Shown here: positions 9,365 to 19,169 of the stretch, piece by piece | How the letters are laid out: each line of letters starts with the position of its first letter | How positions within the stretch are numbered: the first letter of the stretch is position 1 | Assembly (NCBI GenBank): GCA_963718895.1 | Contig: CAVRAG010000007.1 | Location: 288,001-352,000, forward strand | DNA: 64,000 nt | Direction: 5' to 3' | Origin: an uncultured Nitrososphaerota archaeon | GTDB lineage: Archaea > Thermoproteota > Nitrososphaeria > Nitrososphaerales > Gagatemarchaeaceae | The notes under the pieces: generated by a model | Databases searched by the model: none | The model's input: only the letters and a program-made list of their open reading frames with translations | What the model was told of the DNA's origin: nothing | Made by a program: the position numbers and the translations under genes

Positions 9365-10285
9365 ATGCAGCATGAGCCTCTTGTGTACCTGAACGGAGAG
9401 TTCGTCCCCAAGTCCGAGGCCAAGATCTCAATCTTCGACCACGGGCTCCTCTACGGCGACGGAGTCTTCGAGGGCATCAGGGCGTTCGGCGGGTACGTCT
9501 TCAAGCTGAAGGAGCACGTGGACAGGCTTTACCAGTCGGCGGCGTGCATAGAGCTAGAGATACCGATGGAGAAGGAACGGATGGTCGAGACGGTGACAGA
9601 GACCCTACGGAGAAACGGCCTCAGCGACGCCTACATCAGGCTCGTAGTGACACGGGGAGTCGGAGACATGAGCGTCAACCCCGCGACCTGCAAGGAGAGC
9701 ACGGTCTTCGTGATCACGGAGCCCGTTGCTTCATCCACGTTCCCCAAGGACCCGCGGGTCCTGAGGACGGTCATCACCTCCGTTAGGAGGGACCCGGTGG
9801 ATTCCACGACGCACGAGATAAAGTCGCTCAACTATCTCAACAGCGTCCTTGCGGTGCTAGAGTCGAACCGGGCCAAAGTTGACTACCCCGTGATGCTCGA
9901 CCACAGAGGGTTCGTCTCGGAGGGCTCGACCATGAACATCTTCCTGGTGAAGGATGGGACGATCGTCACGCCTCCCTCCTCGTCCGGAATCCTCCACGGG
10001 ATAACGAGGGAGAGGGTCGTGAAGCTCTGCAGGGAACTCAAGTACGCAGTCGTCGAAAGGGAGGTGACCCCCTTCGAGCTCTTCACCGCTGACGAGGCGT
10101 TCTTCACGGGGACTCTACTGGGGCTCGCGGCCGTCGGCGAGGTCAGCGGAAAGCGCATGGGTAGCGGAGGTGTGGGACCGGTCACGAGAAGGCTCTACGA
10201 CGAGTTTAGGGACATAGTCTCCCGACCGGAGGAAGGGACGCCCATCTCCAGGGTCGAGAAGATGAAGCCCGTTCGAAGGCGCTAG
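9365..10285 (+). CDS. ilvE: Branched-chain amino acid aminotransferase
   Basis: YGDGVFEGIRA, KSLNYL, EGSTMNIF, ILHGITR, ADEAFFTGT; likely start MQHEPL. Confidence 0.92.
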   Translation: MQHEPLVYLNGEFVPKSEAKISIFDHGLLYGDGVFEGIRAFGGYVFKLKEHVDRLYQSAACIELEIPMEKERMVETVTETLRRNGLSDAYIRLVVTRGVGDMSVNPATCKESTVFVITEPVASSTFPKDPRVLRTVITSVRRDPVDSTTHEIKSLNYLNSVLAVLESNRAKVDYPVMLDHRGFVSEGSTMNIFLVKDGTIVTPPSSSGILHGITRERVVKLCRELKYAVVEREVTPFELFTADEAFFTGTLLGLAAVGEVSGKRMGSGGVGPVTRRLYDEFRDIVSRPEEGTPISRVEKMKPVRRR

Positions 10286-10680
10286 CCGTACAGGGTCAGG
10301 ACCCCGACTCCGCATTGGGGCGGGTCTCCTCATGGGTCGCGGCATCGGCCGCCGGTGGTTGCGAGTCGAGACTCTCTCGTACATCCTTGCGGCAGCGATG
10401 AAGAGCAGGGGGACCGTCCAGAAGGCGTCCTCAGAGTCGTCCCTCCAACGCTCGTCGTGAAGAAGAAGGGCAGGGCGGTCACCAGAAAGAGTGCACCGGC
10501 CACGAAGAGCTTTATCGAGTCCCACTTGAAGACATGCACCATGTCCTTCGGGACTAGGTTCTTGTCCCCGTCAGCCAGGCTGATGGTGAACGAGGCGACG
10601 ATGATCGATCATAGCCCCAGGGTCGAGCGCCGAAGGAGAGTCTTTGAGTATGTTGAAGAGGAAGGGTTCCGGTTCGGCCA
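10283..10680 (-). CDS. Small membrane protein, frameshifted, boundaries approximate
   Basis: Hydrophobic segments IIVASFTISL, KLFVAGALFLVTALPFFF and AFWTVPLLFIAAA spread over different frames. Confidence 0.4.
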
Positions 10681-10790
10681 GGGGAACCCGTCAGAGGGGA
10701 CCGGCGCGCCGCTCTAAAATCATCTTCGGAGTCTCCCTCGCAGAGCTTCCGCTGGGCAGGACTAAAAAGAGGTGGGAACGCTTTCGCGTT

Positions 10791-11060
10791 CTACTTCATC
10801 CACTTCATCGCTTCTTCGTAGGAAGTAGCGACGAGCGTCTCGGACGCGGCCGAGTCCGCCCCCATCATGGACATCCTCATCGGTCCGCTGATGTCGGGTG
10901 CCTCCGTAATCCAGACTGAGTCATACCTTCCCAAGGTCATGAACCCCTGATGGATCTTCACGCCCATCTTCTCGGCGGCTTCCATCATCATCTTGTTCAT
11001 GGCCTCTGCCTCCTCTGGCTTCGGGGCCTTCCTCAGCTTGACTAGGGTGATGAACCACAT
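10791..11060 (-). CDS. GYD domain protein
   Basis: 89 aa with TLGRYD...EAPD and SETLVA. Confidence 0.8.
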   Translation of the reverse strand: MWFITLVKLRKAPKPEEAEAMNKMMMEAAEKMGVKIHQGFMTLGRYDSVWITEAPDISGPMRMSMMGADSAASETLVATSYEEAMKWMK

Positions 11061-11249
11061 GTCGCTGGTAGCAAGAGTCGGTGAATATTTAAGTCAACAA
11101 TGACTACTTTGCGGCCGGCCTGCGACCCCTCGCTCGAGCGACCTTCGTGCCTCCGTCGACGCCACGAATGCGGCAGGGAATCTCGGTTGATTCCATGACC
11201 AGAACGGAAGGGCTCCGCCCGTCTTGCGGGGGACGCACGCATTGCCGGT

Positions 11250-11852
11250 CTAACGCCGCTCTGAGGGAGAACGGGACGAGAAACGCCTTGAGACCGCGTA
11301 GATGGCGAAGAGGGCAGCCGTTGACGAGGCAGCGAGCACCGCGAGAGGGTAGGGAAGGGAGATGCCAGAGACCGAGGAGTACAGAAACGTGAGCGAGTAT
11401 GAGAGCAGAAAGGCTGGAACACTGGTGTACGCGTAGGACTGCAACCTGTTTGTGAGGACCGAAGACTCGACGACCGTGCCCCGGATCCTCCTCAGGAGGA
11501 AGGAGAAGTCCAGCGCGGTGACCACAAGGACGACCTCGAGAAAAATGAAAAAGAGGTCGTGCGAACCCAGCGCGACCGACAGGAAGAGGAGCACCAAGAA
11601 GAAGGTCGACCTGTCAATGGCTACCATGAGGTCGCCGTTGGAGAGCGTGGCGAGCCCGTCGACCAACATCAGGGTCAAGAAGACGGCGTAGTAGCCAGGG
11701 AAGAGAGCGACGGCGGAAAATCCGAGGACGCAGAAGAGAAGGAAAGAATACGACTCGTAGGGGAGCGCAAGTCCCGTCTGTCCTTCGGTGGCACTCCTGT
11801 GGTCCGCAGGGACGCTGGCAACCTCTTCTCCGTCATCCTCGGCGCTCATCAT
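11250..11852 (-). CDS. Multi-pass membrane protein of the MoxR operon
   Basis: About 5-6 hydrophobic segments; overlaps the DUF58 stop. Confidence 0.7.
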   Translation of the reverse strand: MMSAEDDGEEVASVPADHRSATEGQTGLALPYESYSFLLFCVLGFSAVALFPGYYAVFLTLMLVDGLATLSNGDLMVAIDRSTFFLVLLFLSVALGSHDLFFIFLEVVLVVTALDFSFLLRRIRGTVVESSVLTNRLQSYAYTSVPAFLLSYSLTFLYSSVSGISLPYPLAVLAASSTAALFAIYAVSRRFSSRSPSERR

Positions 11853-13246
11853 CGGTGCCTCGCCGAGAGCGCGGCATACTTGGAGAGCGCCCTTCTGTGC
11901 AGCTCCATGACCTCATCGAGCGAAGCGGACGTGGTCCAGTCGACGACGAACGCGTTCGCCGACCTAAGTCGGCCCATGTCCATCTCACGCTCTATCTGCG
12001 CAAGCTTGAGGGCGACTCGCCACTCTCTCGAGTCAGGGCCCCCGGTCCTGGGCTCGGCGAGAGCGACGGGGTTGGGAGATACGACAATCACATCCCGTTC
12101 GCCATCACGGGTGAGTTCTGCGGCCGCCGAGATCGAATTGGCGTCCATCAGCGGTGAGACGAACACTATCTGGGAGATGTTGGGGAAGAACAGGTGTATG
12201 CTGCGCTCAACCCACCACTCGATGTCCGAACCTCCTGGCTCGACCTGAAGGATGGACAGGGCGATCCTGTCGAACTGGCGCCTCCCGTACCCCGGCGCGA
12301 TCCTTCGGGGTTCGGCCCCGGTGGTCAGGAGGCCTACGCGGTTTCGGTCGTGGAGCAGCCTCTCTGCGATTGAGAGGGCAGCCCTGACGGAGTGCACTAT
12401 GGTGGAATCGCGACCCGGGCGGCTCCCGGTGACCCTGCCCGGGTCTAGCACGATGAGTACCTCGGCACCGACCTCGGCGACGAATTCGTTGACGAGCAGC
12501 TCATCGGACCCCTCGGAGTGCCTGGCCGAGGCCTTCCAGTTGATGCGCTTCACAGGGTCGCCGGGCATCAACCTCCTGACGTTGAAGTAGTCCATCCCGG
12601 TCCCGGACCGCCTTGCCGCTATCTCGCCCGGCCATGATCTGGTCCTCCGCGGTCTGATCGCGAGGTGCTCGAGCTTCTCTGTAGTCTCCGGGAAGACCGC
12701 CAGTCTCGAGTACGACCTTAGCTCGGCCCTCGACTCGAAGAGGCCGGTCGAATCCTGCACGCGGAGGAACATCGGGCCGAGCGTGTGCACTCCAAAGGAG
12801 TTCGCGGACAACTCGTAGTAAAGGTCCCTGATCTCCCCCGCCTTCAGAGAGGTGGAGAACCCGCTGCGCGTATTCTTTCCGCGGAGTTCGGGAGGGACTC
12901 GATCTCTCACCTGCAACAGCGCGACGGCCCTCGGACCTGCGTTTCTCACTCTGACTCTAACGCGTGTGGTCTCGCCCTCTCTGATCCTCACCCGCTCCGT
13001 CGTTCGCTCTACCTCCAGGTCCGGGCTCTGATCCCGCGACCGGACGACCGTGAACCCTAGCAGCATAGTCAGAGGAATGGAGACAAAGATGAGGGGCTGA
13101 GCGACGAACAGGCCTCCGACGAACGAGATTATCGCAAGGTCAGCTAACAAGAACGCCCTGGCGTTCGTCTTCGGGCGTTCCCAACGGGGCGCGGCGTCCC
13201 CGCCGCTGGTAGCCTCTGGCATCGCCCAGGCCTCCTCTCGCCTCAT
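11849..13246 (-). CDS. DUF58 (vWA-like) protein
   Basis: GTGMDY..VRRLMPGDPVKRINWKASAR, LVNEF, DRNRVGL; N-terminal TM segments. Confidence 0.88.
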   Translation of the reverse strand: MRREEAWAMPEATSGGDAAPRWERPKTNARAFLLADLAIISFVGGLFVAQPLIFVSIPLTMLLGFTVVRSRDQSPDLEVERTTERVRIREGETTRVRVRVRNAGPRAVALLQVRDRVPPELRGKNTRSGFSTSLKAGEIRDLYYELSANSFGVHTLGPMFLRVQDSTGLFESRAELRSYSRLAVFPETTEKLEHLAIRPRRTRSWPGEIAARRSGTGMDYFNVRRLMPGDPVKRINWKASARHSEGSDELLVNEFVAEVGAEVLIVLDPGRVTGSRPGRDSTIVHSVRAALSIAERLLHDRNRVGLLTTGAEPRRIAPGYGRRQFDRIALSILQVEPGGSDIEWWVERSIHLFFPNISQIVFVSPLMDANSISAAAELTRDGERDVIVVSPNPVALAEPRTGGPDSREWRVALKLAQIEREMDMGRLRSANAFVVDWTTSASLDEVMELHRRALSKYAALSARHR

Positions 13247-14202
13247 CCTGCCTTCGGCACTTCGACAGTCCCCAGCAGGCTCTCCACTATCGACTCGGGT
13301 TTCGTTCCCCTTATCCAGTGGTCCGCGGTGAGAATCAACCTGTGAGACAGAGCCGGGACGGCTATGGCTTTGACGTCGTCGGGCAGGACGTAACTCCTAC
13401 GGTGGAGCCATGCGTGCGCCTTCGAGAGCTTGAGCATGGCGAGCGAGCCTCTGGGGCTCGCTCCCACCTCGACGGCGCTGTGCGCTCGAGTCTTGCCCAC
13501 GATGTTTACGATGTACCTCTCGATCTCGGGGTCGATGTGGACTCCCTCGACCATCTTCCTCATCCCGAGGACCTCGGCCTTCGAGGCGACCTGTTCGATC
13601 GAGACCTCCTCACCCTGGCGCTTCGTCCTCCTGTCCAGAATCTCCACCTCCTCGGACTGGGACGGGTATCCGATTCCGACCTTCATGATGAACCGGTCCA
13701 GCTGCGCCTCGGGGAGAGGGTAGGTTCCCTCATATTCGATCGGATTCTGCGTAGCAAAGACGATGAAGGGGGAATCCAGCCCGAAGGTGGTGTTCTCGAT
13801 GGTGACCTGTCGCTCCTGCATCGCCTCCAGCAGGGCCGACTGGGTCCGCGGCGGGGCCCTGTTGATCTCGTCGGCGAGGAGTATGTTGCAGAATATCGGC
13901 CCCCTCCTGAGCTCGAACGCAGAAGTGCTCCTGTTGAGGACGTAGCCTCCTGTAATGTCGGCCGGAAGGAGGTCCGCCGTGAATTGAATCCTCTTGAATT
14001 CGCATCCGAGACTGGAGGCAAAGCACCGCGCGGTCAGCGTCTTCGCCAGGCCTGGGTAGTCTTCGAGGAGCAGGTGCCCGTCAGCGAGTATGGCGACCAG
14101 CACCTGTTCGAGGACTTCCTGCTTGCCGACGATGACCTTGCCGACCTCATCCAGGACCATCTTCGCCTTCTCGTCGATTTGGACGTCCGCGCCCAAACTC
14201 AT
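13243..14202 (-). CDS. MoxR-family AAA+ ATPase
   Basis: EDYPGLAKT, RIQFTADLLPADITG, LADEINRAPPRTQSALLEAM, YPLPEAQLDRF. Confidence 0.95.
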   Translation of the reverse strand: MSLGADVQIDEKAKMVLDEVGKVIVGKQEVLEQVLVAILADGHLLLEDYPGLAKTLTARCFASSLGCEFKRIQFTADLLPADITGGYVLNRSTSAFELRRGPIFCNILLADEINRAPPRTQSALLEAMQERQVTIENTTFGLDSPFIVFATQNPIEYEGTYPLPEAQLDRFIMKVGIGYPSQSEEVEILDRRTKRQGEEVSIEQVASKAEVLGMRKMVEGVHIDPEIERYIVNIVGKTRAHSAVEVGASPRGSLAMLKLSKAHAWLHRRSYVLPDDVKAIAVPALSHRLILTADHWIRGTKPESIVESLLGTVEVPKAG

Positions 14203-14873
14203 GGGCCACCTGACCGATCCATGTCTCGTTCCAGCTTAGAGACTATCTTCTCGAGGTCGGCGAGATACTCGGCGCGGCCGACCTTCGGTGCGTCGCCCCC
14301 CGCACCCGTCCCTCGAGCGTGGCGTCTCCCCTCCACGACCGCTCGCATCTCAGTCTTGACCACTGGGTCGTCCTCATAGGGATGGATCACCGTCGCGAAG
14401 GCGTCCGACAGGTCCTCGTTGGACGGAGTCCCCTCGCCCCTGTTCTCGGACGCAGTCGACGAGTATGCCAGGATGCGCGCCAGAGTGCGGGCGATCTCTC
14501 TGCGCGAGAAGTCCGAGCCTCTCCCCGCCGACCTCGCGTACGATGACATTGTCTCGACGCTGCCGACGCTCACAAAGGCTCGATTCGCGGCCGGGCCCCG
14601 AGTCTCGCCGCCCACGATCATCTGACCGTCGATCGTCTGGCTCCGCCAGATCGCCAGATATATTATGGCGTCACCCTCCACGCAGATTATCGCGTAGACC
14701 AAGGGCACCGTCAGAAAGAGGCTACCCGCGACCGCGATCAGCAGCAGCGGTGCCCCGAAGGCCGCGTAGAGCACCAGGGCGCCCTTGGACACCCATCGCG
14801 AATTCCCGGCCCCGCGGCTCCCTCCGGCTCCGTCTTGGTCCATGCGTGGGGCTCCACTCTGTGCCTCCGTCAT
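14199..14873 (-). CDS. Membrane-anchored hypothetical protein of the MoxR operon
   Basis: Two N-terminal TM segments; 4-nt overlaps with both neighbours. Confidence 0.65.
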   Translation of the reverse strand: MTEAQSGAPRMDQDGAGGSRGAGNSRWVSKGALVLYAAFGAPLLLIAVAGSLFLTVPLVYAIICVEGDAIIYLAIWRSQTIDGQMIVGGETRGPAANRAFVSVGSVETMSSYARSAGRGSDFSRREIARTLARILAYSSTASENRGEGTPSNEDLSDAFATVIHPYEDDPVVKTEMRAVVEGRRHARGTGAGGDAPKVGRAEYLADLEKIVSKLERDMDRSGGP

Positions 14874-15667
14874 TTAACACCACCCGACGAGAGCGTGGGT
14901 TCCTTGAGGGAAGTGCTGAGGTTTGAGAGGCAGGTCACAGCCTCTTGGGATTGTTCCATCGTGATCTCCTGGTCGCTGTATCTGGCGACCTCGAAGAGTT
15001 CGGTTGCCTGGGCGAGGGAGGAGGGCTCCACCATGAGCTTCTCAGAGACCCGCGCCCTGAACTCCCTAGGCGTGAGGACCTTCCCGTCCACCGCTGACCT
15101 CTCCTCAAGTAGCTCACTGATCATCTTGTAGCACTGGATCACGGTCTCCCTGTAGGATGAACCGGTGTTCAACCTGGCTACCGCTGCGTCGAGGATGGCC
15201 GCCAGCCTCCTCCTGTTACCCTCGAGAAAATCTCCAGGGTCTTCGAACGGAGCCGTCCGACCCCGTCGAGATTTGAGACCTCTCCACACGACGAGCACGA
15301 GTATCGCTGCGGTTGCAAACAGAAGGAGCCCGACGAGGTCGATCGGGGACAGGTTCACCAAGAGTGGCGTCTCCAGTGACTGGGAGTTCAGCGACGGAAA
15401 GAGCTGGCCCGTCACCTGCTGGAGGCTCGTGTCATTGAAGGACTGGACCACGGTGAGGGTGGAGCTCCCCTGCGGGACAGCCGCGTCGAGCGCCGATAGC
15501 CCTGGAAGGACGCTCCGGGTGGCAAAGTAGGCGACAACCACGAGGAGTGGAAACGCCAGGATCATCCCGAGGAAAACGACGACGCGCGACCGGAATCCTC
15601 CCCCGGCTTGTTCGGGGGGGACGCCGCCCTCCTCCGGTGCGGCTTCGTGGGTCAGCGTCGTGGCCAT
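14870..15667 (-). CDS. DUF4129-domain membrane protein
   Basis: ETVIQCY...LTPREF...ELFEVARYS; start MATTLT at 15667. Confidence 0.8.
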   Translation of the reverse strand: MATTLTHEAAPEEGGVPPEQAGGGFRSRVVVFLGMILAFPLLVVVAYFATRSVLPGLSALDAAVPQGSSTLTVVQSFNDTSLQQVTGQLFPSLNSQSLETPLLVNLSPIDLVGLLLFATAAILVLVVWRGLKSRRGRTAPFEDPGDFLEGNRRRLAAILDAAVARLNTGSSYRETVIQCYKMISELLEERSAVDGKVLTPREFRARVSEKLMVEPSSLAQATELFEVARYSDQEITMEQSQEAVTCLSNLSTSLKEPTLSSGGVK

Positions 15668-15825
15668 GTATGGTCGGTTGTGATGGCACACTGGACAGAC
15701 TAAAGGTTGTCGAATGGTTGTCGGCCGATGGATTTCCGATGCCCCGAGGATGAAAGACCCCTGGAGGCCCTGCTGGAGCTGCTGAACCATCTCCCCAGGA
15801 TAGGGAATCCACGCACAGGAGGATT

Positions 15826-15918
15826 TGGCGGGCCCGATGGGATTTGAACCCACGGTATCTGAGAGTTTCTCTTCAGCTTCGGAGGCTGACGCCCTAATCC
15901 GTACTAGGCTACGGGCCC
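15826..15918 (-). tRNA. tRNA-Arg(CCG) with encoded CCA and a 14-nt intron (15857-15870) at position 45/46
   Basis: GGGCCCG acceptor; anticodon arm TCAGC-CTCCGAA-GCTGA; T arm GTGGG-TTCAAAT-CCCAT; 19-nt variable region folds as a BHB. Confidence 0.92.
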
Positions 15919-16062
15919 AAGTTCCTAGGCCAATCTGATTCACGGTAAAAGGCTTGCTCGAGGGCAACCGCGAGGAGAGGTTTCGCAGAACCCGGATCCT
16001 TGCGAAAGAGTTCGTGCGCGGCGCAATTATTATAAATTATCTCGTACCTCTCGACCTAACGA

Positions 16063-17406
16063 TTGAAGCCGAACATTCTGGTCAAACCGCCGGGCCCCAA
16101 AGCAAGGGCCCTTCTGGAAAGGGATGCAAAGGCATCCTCCACGTCCCTCCCGCGGGTGTACCCGCTTGCGATAAAGCGAGCCTACGGAGTCAACATCGAG
16201 GACATCGATGGGAACACCTTCCTGGACTTCAACTCGGGAATCGCGGTCATGAACCTCGGGCACTCTCACCCGAGGATAGTGAAGGCCATCAAGGATCAGG
16301 CTGAGCTCGCAACTCACGCGGCCTATCTTGAGTTCTACTCTGAGCTCCCGGTGAGGCTCTCAGAGAAGCTGTTCGAGCTCGTCCCCGGGATGAGCAGGAC
16401 CTATCTCGCGAACTCGGGGACCGAGGCAATCGAGGCGGCCATGAAACTTGCAAGGCAGCACACCAAGCGCAACTACTTCATCTCGTTCTATGGGGGATTC
16501 CACGGGAGGACCTACGGCGCGCTGAGCCTGACCAGCTCTCGTCTATCCCACAGACAAGACTTCGGGCCATTCCTCCCCGTGATCCACGCCCCGTACGCCA
16601 ATCCATACAGGCCCCTCGTAGGGCCGGAAGGCGACGAGAGCGGTCAGGCCGCCCTCGACTATCTCGAGAGGACGGTCTTCAGGATGGAGGTCGCTCCCGA
16701 GGAAGTCGCGGCGATCTTCGTGGAGCCCGTCCAGGGCGAGGGCGGATACATCGTTCCCCCGAAGGATTTCCTAAAGGGCCTGCGGGAGATCTGCACGAAG
16801 CATGGGATCTTGTACGTCGACGACGAGGTCCAGGCTGGATGTTTCAGAACGGGGAAGTTCCTCGCTAGCGAGCACTTTGGGGTCAAGCCTGACGTCGTCT
16901 GCCTCTCCAAGGCGCTGGGAGGGGGCCTACCCCTCGGCGCGATGCTCTGCAGGGAGGAGTACATGGACTGGGGTCCTGGGGCGCACGCCAGCACCTTCGG
17001 GGGCAACCTCGTCTCGTGTGCAGCGGGAGTGGCAGCGCTTGAGGTCATGAAGAAGGAGGACGTAGGACCGAAGGCGCTCCGGTCAGGCCATAGAATCATG
17101 CGGTACCTCAAGGACCTCCAGGGCGAGATCGACCAGATAGGCGACGTCAGGGGCCTGGGTATGATGATCGGACTGGAGCTCGTAAAGGACAGGAAGAGCA
17201 AGAAGTTCAACCCGAAGATGAGAGATGGCGTCATCAAGGACGCCTTCGAGAGGGGTCTTTCTCTTCTCCCCGCGGCGGACTCCGTCATCCGCATCGCCCC
17301 GCCGCTCATCATTGAGAAGGACGATGTGGACGTTGGACTCGAGATACTGGGAGACGTCCTGCGGAGCCGGGCGGGGAGCTGGGGACTCGCGAACCCACCT
17401 CGGTGA
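16063..17406 (+). CDS. Class III PLP aminotransferase (GABA/ornithine AT or amino-acid racemase subfamily)
   Basis: NSGTEAIEAA, FHGRT, EPVQGEGG, DEVQAG, SKALGGG, HASTFGGN. Confidence 0.9.
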   Translation: MKPNILVKPPGPKARALLERDAKASSTSLPRVYPLAIKRAYGVNIEDIDGNTFLDFNSGIAVMNLGHSHPRIVKAIKDQAELATHAAYLEFYSELPVRLSEKLFELVPGMSRTYLANSGTEAIEAAMKLARQHTKRNYFISFYGGFHGRTYGALSLTSSRLSHRQDFGPFLPVIHAPYANPYRPLVGPEGDESGQAALDYLERTVFRMEVAPEEVAAIFVEPVQGEGGYIVPPKDFLKGLREICTKHGILYVDDEVQAGCFRTGKFLASEHFGVKPDVVCLSKALGGGLPLGAMLCREEYMDWGPGAHASTFGGNLVSCAAGVAALEVMKKEDVGPKALRSGHRIMRYLKDLQGEIDQIGDVRGLGMMIGLELVKDRKSKKFNPKMRDGVIKDAFERGLSLLPAADSVIRIAPPLIIEKDDVDVGLEILGDVLRSRAGSWGLANPPR

Positions 17407-17504
17407 ATCGGACGAGCGGGAGAGAGGCATCCGCCATGTGACCATGGAACAACCCTCTTGCGCCGGTTCGACCTCTCCTGGAAATCCGGAGCTCTCCCGG
17501 CAAA

Positions 17505-17521
17505 GGAATAAATAATATTCC
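17505..17521. promoter_or_regulatory. Inverted repeat GGAATA-N5-TATTCC over the permease TATA region (possible operator)
   Basis: Perfect 6-5-6 palindrome about 25-40 nt upstream of the TTG at 17546. Confidence 0.35.
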
Positions 17522-17545
17522 ATATGTTATAGGGCCGCCAAAAGT

Positions 17546-19141
17546 TTGACCGCTTCCGAGAAGGGAGCTTTCGTGCGAGAGGCGACGGGCCTCACGAGAC
17601 AGATTTCGGGTTGGGACGCGTTCCTCGGCAACATCCTCGCGATGGGGATCGCCTACTTCTTCGTCTTCGAATACTTCGCCACCCTCCTCTTCCCGGGCGT
17701 CGACCTGCCGATCACGATCATCGTGACCCTAATCCCGGGCGTCGTGGTCGCACTGCTCTACTACCTCTTCACTGTCGCCATGCCGAGGACCGGAGGCGAC
17801 TACGTCTGGACCAGCAGGATCCTGGGCGCACCGCTCGGGTTCATGACGAACCTGGTGCTCACGTTCACCTGGATGGCTAGCATGGCGACCGCGGTCGCTT
17901 GGGGGATCAGCTACGGAATCGTCCCCATGACGGCCGCCCTGGGAATGGTCCAGAACAACTCCGGACTGCTCAGCCTCTCCTCTACGCTCGCTCAGCCCAA
18001 CAACGCGTTCATCCTGACCGCTGCCCTCATTGTGCTGTTCATCGTTCCAATCATGCTCGGGACCAGAGCAGCGTTCAGAGTCATGTGGGTCATGTTCGCG
18101 ATATCTCTCATCGGGGCGCTCGTGACCGTCGTGGCTTTCCTCTCGGCCCCCAACGCCACCTTCATCGCGAATTTCAACCGGCTCTCTGGGATGGACTACC
18201 ACACGGCAATAACGGAGGCGGCGCTTCCGCTGGGCTTCGTCTTTGGAGCGACCATTACCGGGTCGATATTCACCATGACCAACTTCCTGGGCTTCTTCAG
18301 CTCTGCCTACTTCTCGGGCGAGGTGAAGCGGGTCCAGAGGTCCCAGGTTCTCGCGATGTTCGGCTCGCTCCTCTTTCTCATGGTCATCGCCTTCCTAATC
18401 TACGGCTCGGCGTACTACTCCGCCGGCTCCGACTTCCTTAACGCCATCTCCCTGCTCTACGTCACAGGCACCGGGTACGCTCTGCCCGCCGTCCCGACTC
18501 TGAACTTCCTTGTGGCTTTCGCGTCCCCAAATCCGGCCGTGATAGTGCTCTCGGGTCTGGCCCTCCTTGCGACGGGTCTCGGGGGAGCCACCCTCTTCGC
18601 CTTCGTCTGCGTGAGGAACCTTTTCGCCTGGTCGTTCGACAGGGTCATGCCTACAGCCCTGACCCGCCTTGACTCCAAGAGGGGCAGCCCGAACTACGCG
18701 GTCGCAGTCATCCTGGTCATCGCCGTCCTCCTCACTGGAGTCTACTACTACACGTCGTTCTTCACCTACTACGTCTTCGCCACCCTCAACCTCTTCGTCG
18801 TCTTCACCATGGTCTCGATAGCCGCGGTCCTCTTCCCCTACAGGCTGAAGAGCGTCTTCGAGGCCTCCCCGGCGATCGTGAGGAAGAAGCTGGGAACCGT
18901 CCCGCTCATCACGGTGCTGGGAGTCATCGGCATCCTCGTGAACGTCTACTTCGGATGGGCGACGGCGCAACCCGCCATCAGCCCCCCACCGAGCGGGTCC
19001 ATACTCGTCCAGTACGTCGCCTACACGACCGTCCCACTGACGATAATCGCGGGCTTCGTGATCTACGGGGTCTCGTATGCGGTCAGGAAGAGTCAGGGGA
19101 TAGCCCTGGGAGCCGCATTCAAGGAGATCCCGCCGGAGTAG
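17546..19141 (+). CDS. APC-family amino acid permease
   Basis: FVREATGL, AMPRTGGDYVWTSR, about 12 TM segments, C-terminal FKEIPPE. Confidence 0.92.
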   Translation: MTASEKGAFVREATGLTRQISGWDAFLGNILAMGIAYFFVFEYFATLLFPGVDLPITIIVTLIPGVVVALLYYLFTVAMPRTGGDYVWTSRILGAPLGFMTNLVLTFTWMASMATAVAWGISYGIVPMTAALGMVQNNSGLLSLSSTLAQPNNAFILTAALIVLFIVPIMLGTRAAFRVMWVMFAISLIGALVTVVAFLSAPNATFIANFNRLSGMDYHTAITEAALPLGFVFGATITGSIFTMTNFLGFFSSAYFSGEVKRVQRSQVLAMFGSLLFLMVIAFLIYGSAYYSAGSDFLNAISLLYVTGTGYALPAVPTLNFLVAFASPNPAVIVLSGLALLATGLGGATLFAFVCVRNLFAWSFDRVMPTALTRLDSKRGSPNYAVAVILVIAVLLTGVYYYTSFFTYYVFATLNLFVVFTMVSIAAVLFPYRLKSVFEASPAIVRKKLGTVPLITVLGVIGILVNVYFGWATAQPAISPPPSGSILVQYVAYTTVPLTIIAGFVIYGVSYAVRKSQGIALGAAFKEIPPE

Positions 19142-19169
19142 CCTTGCAATCGGGAGACAATGTCAGGAT

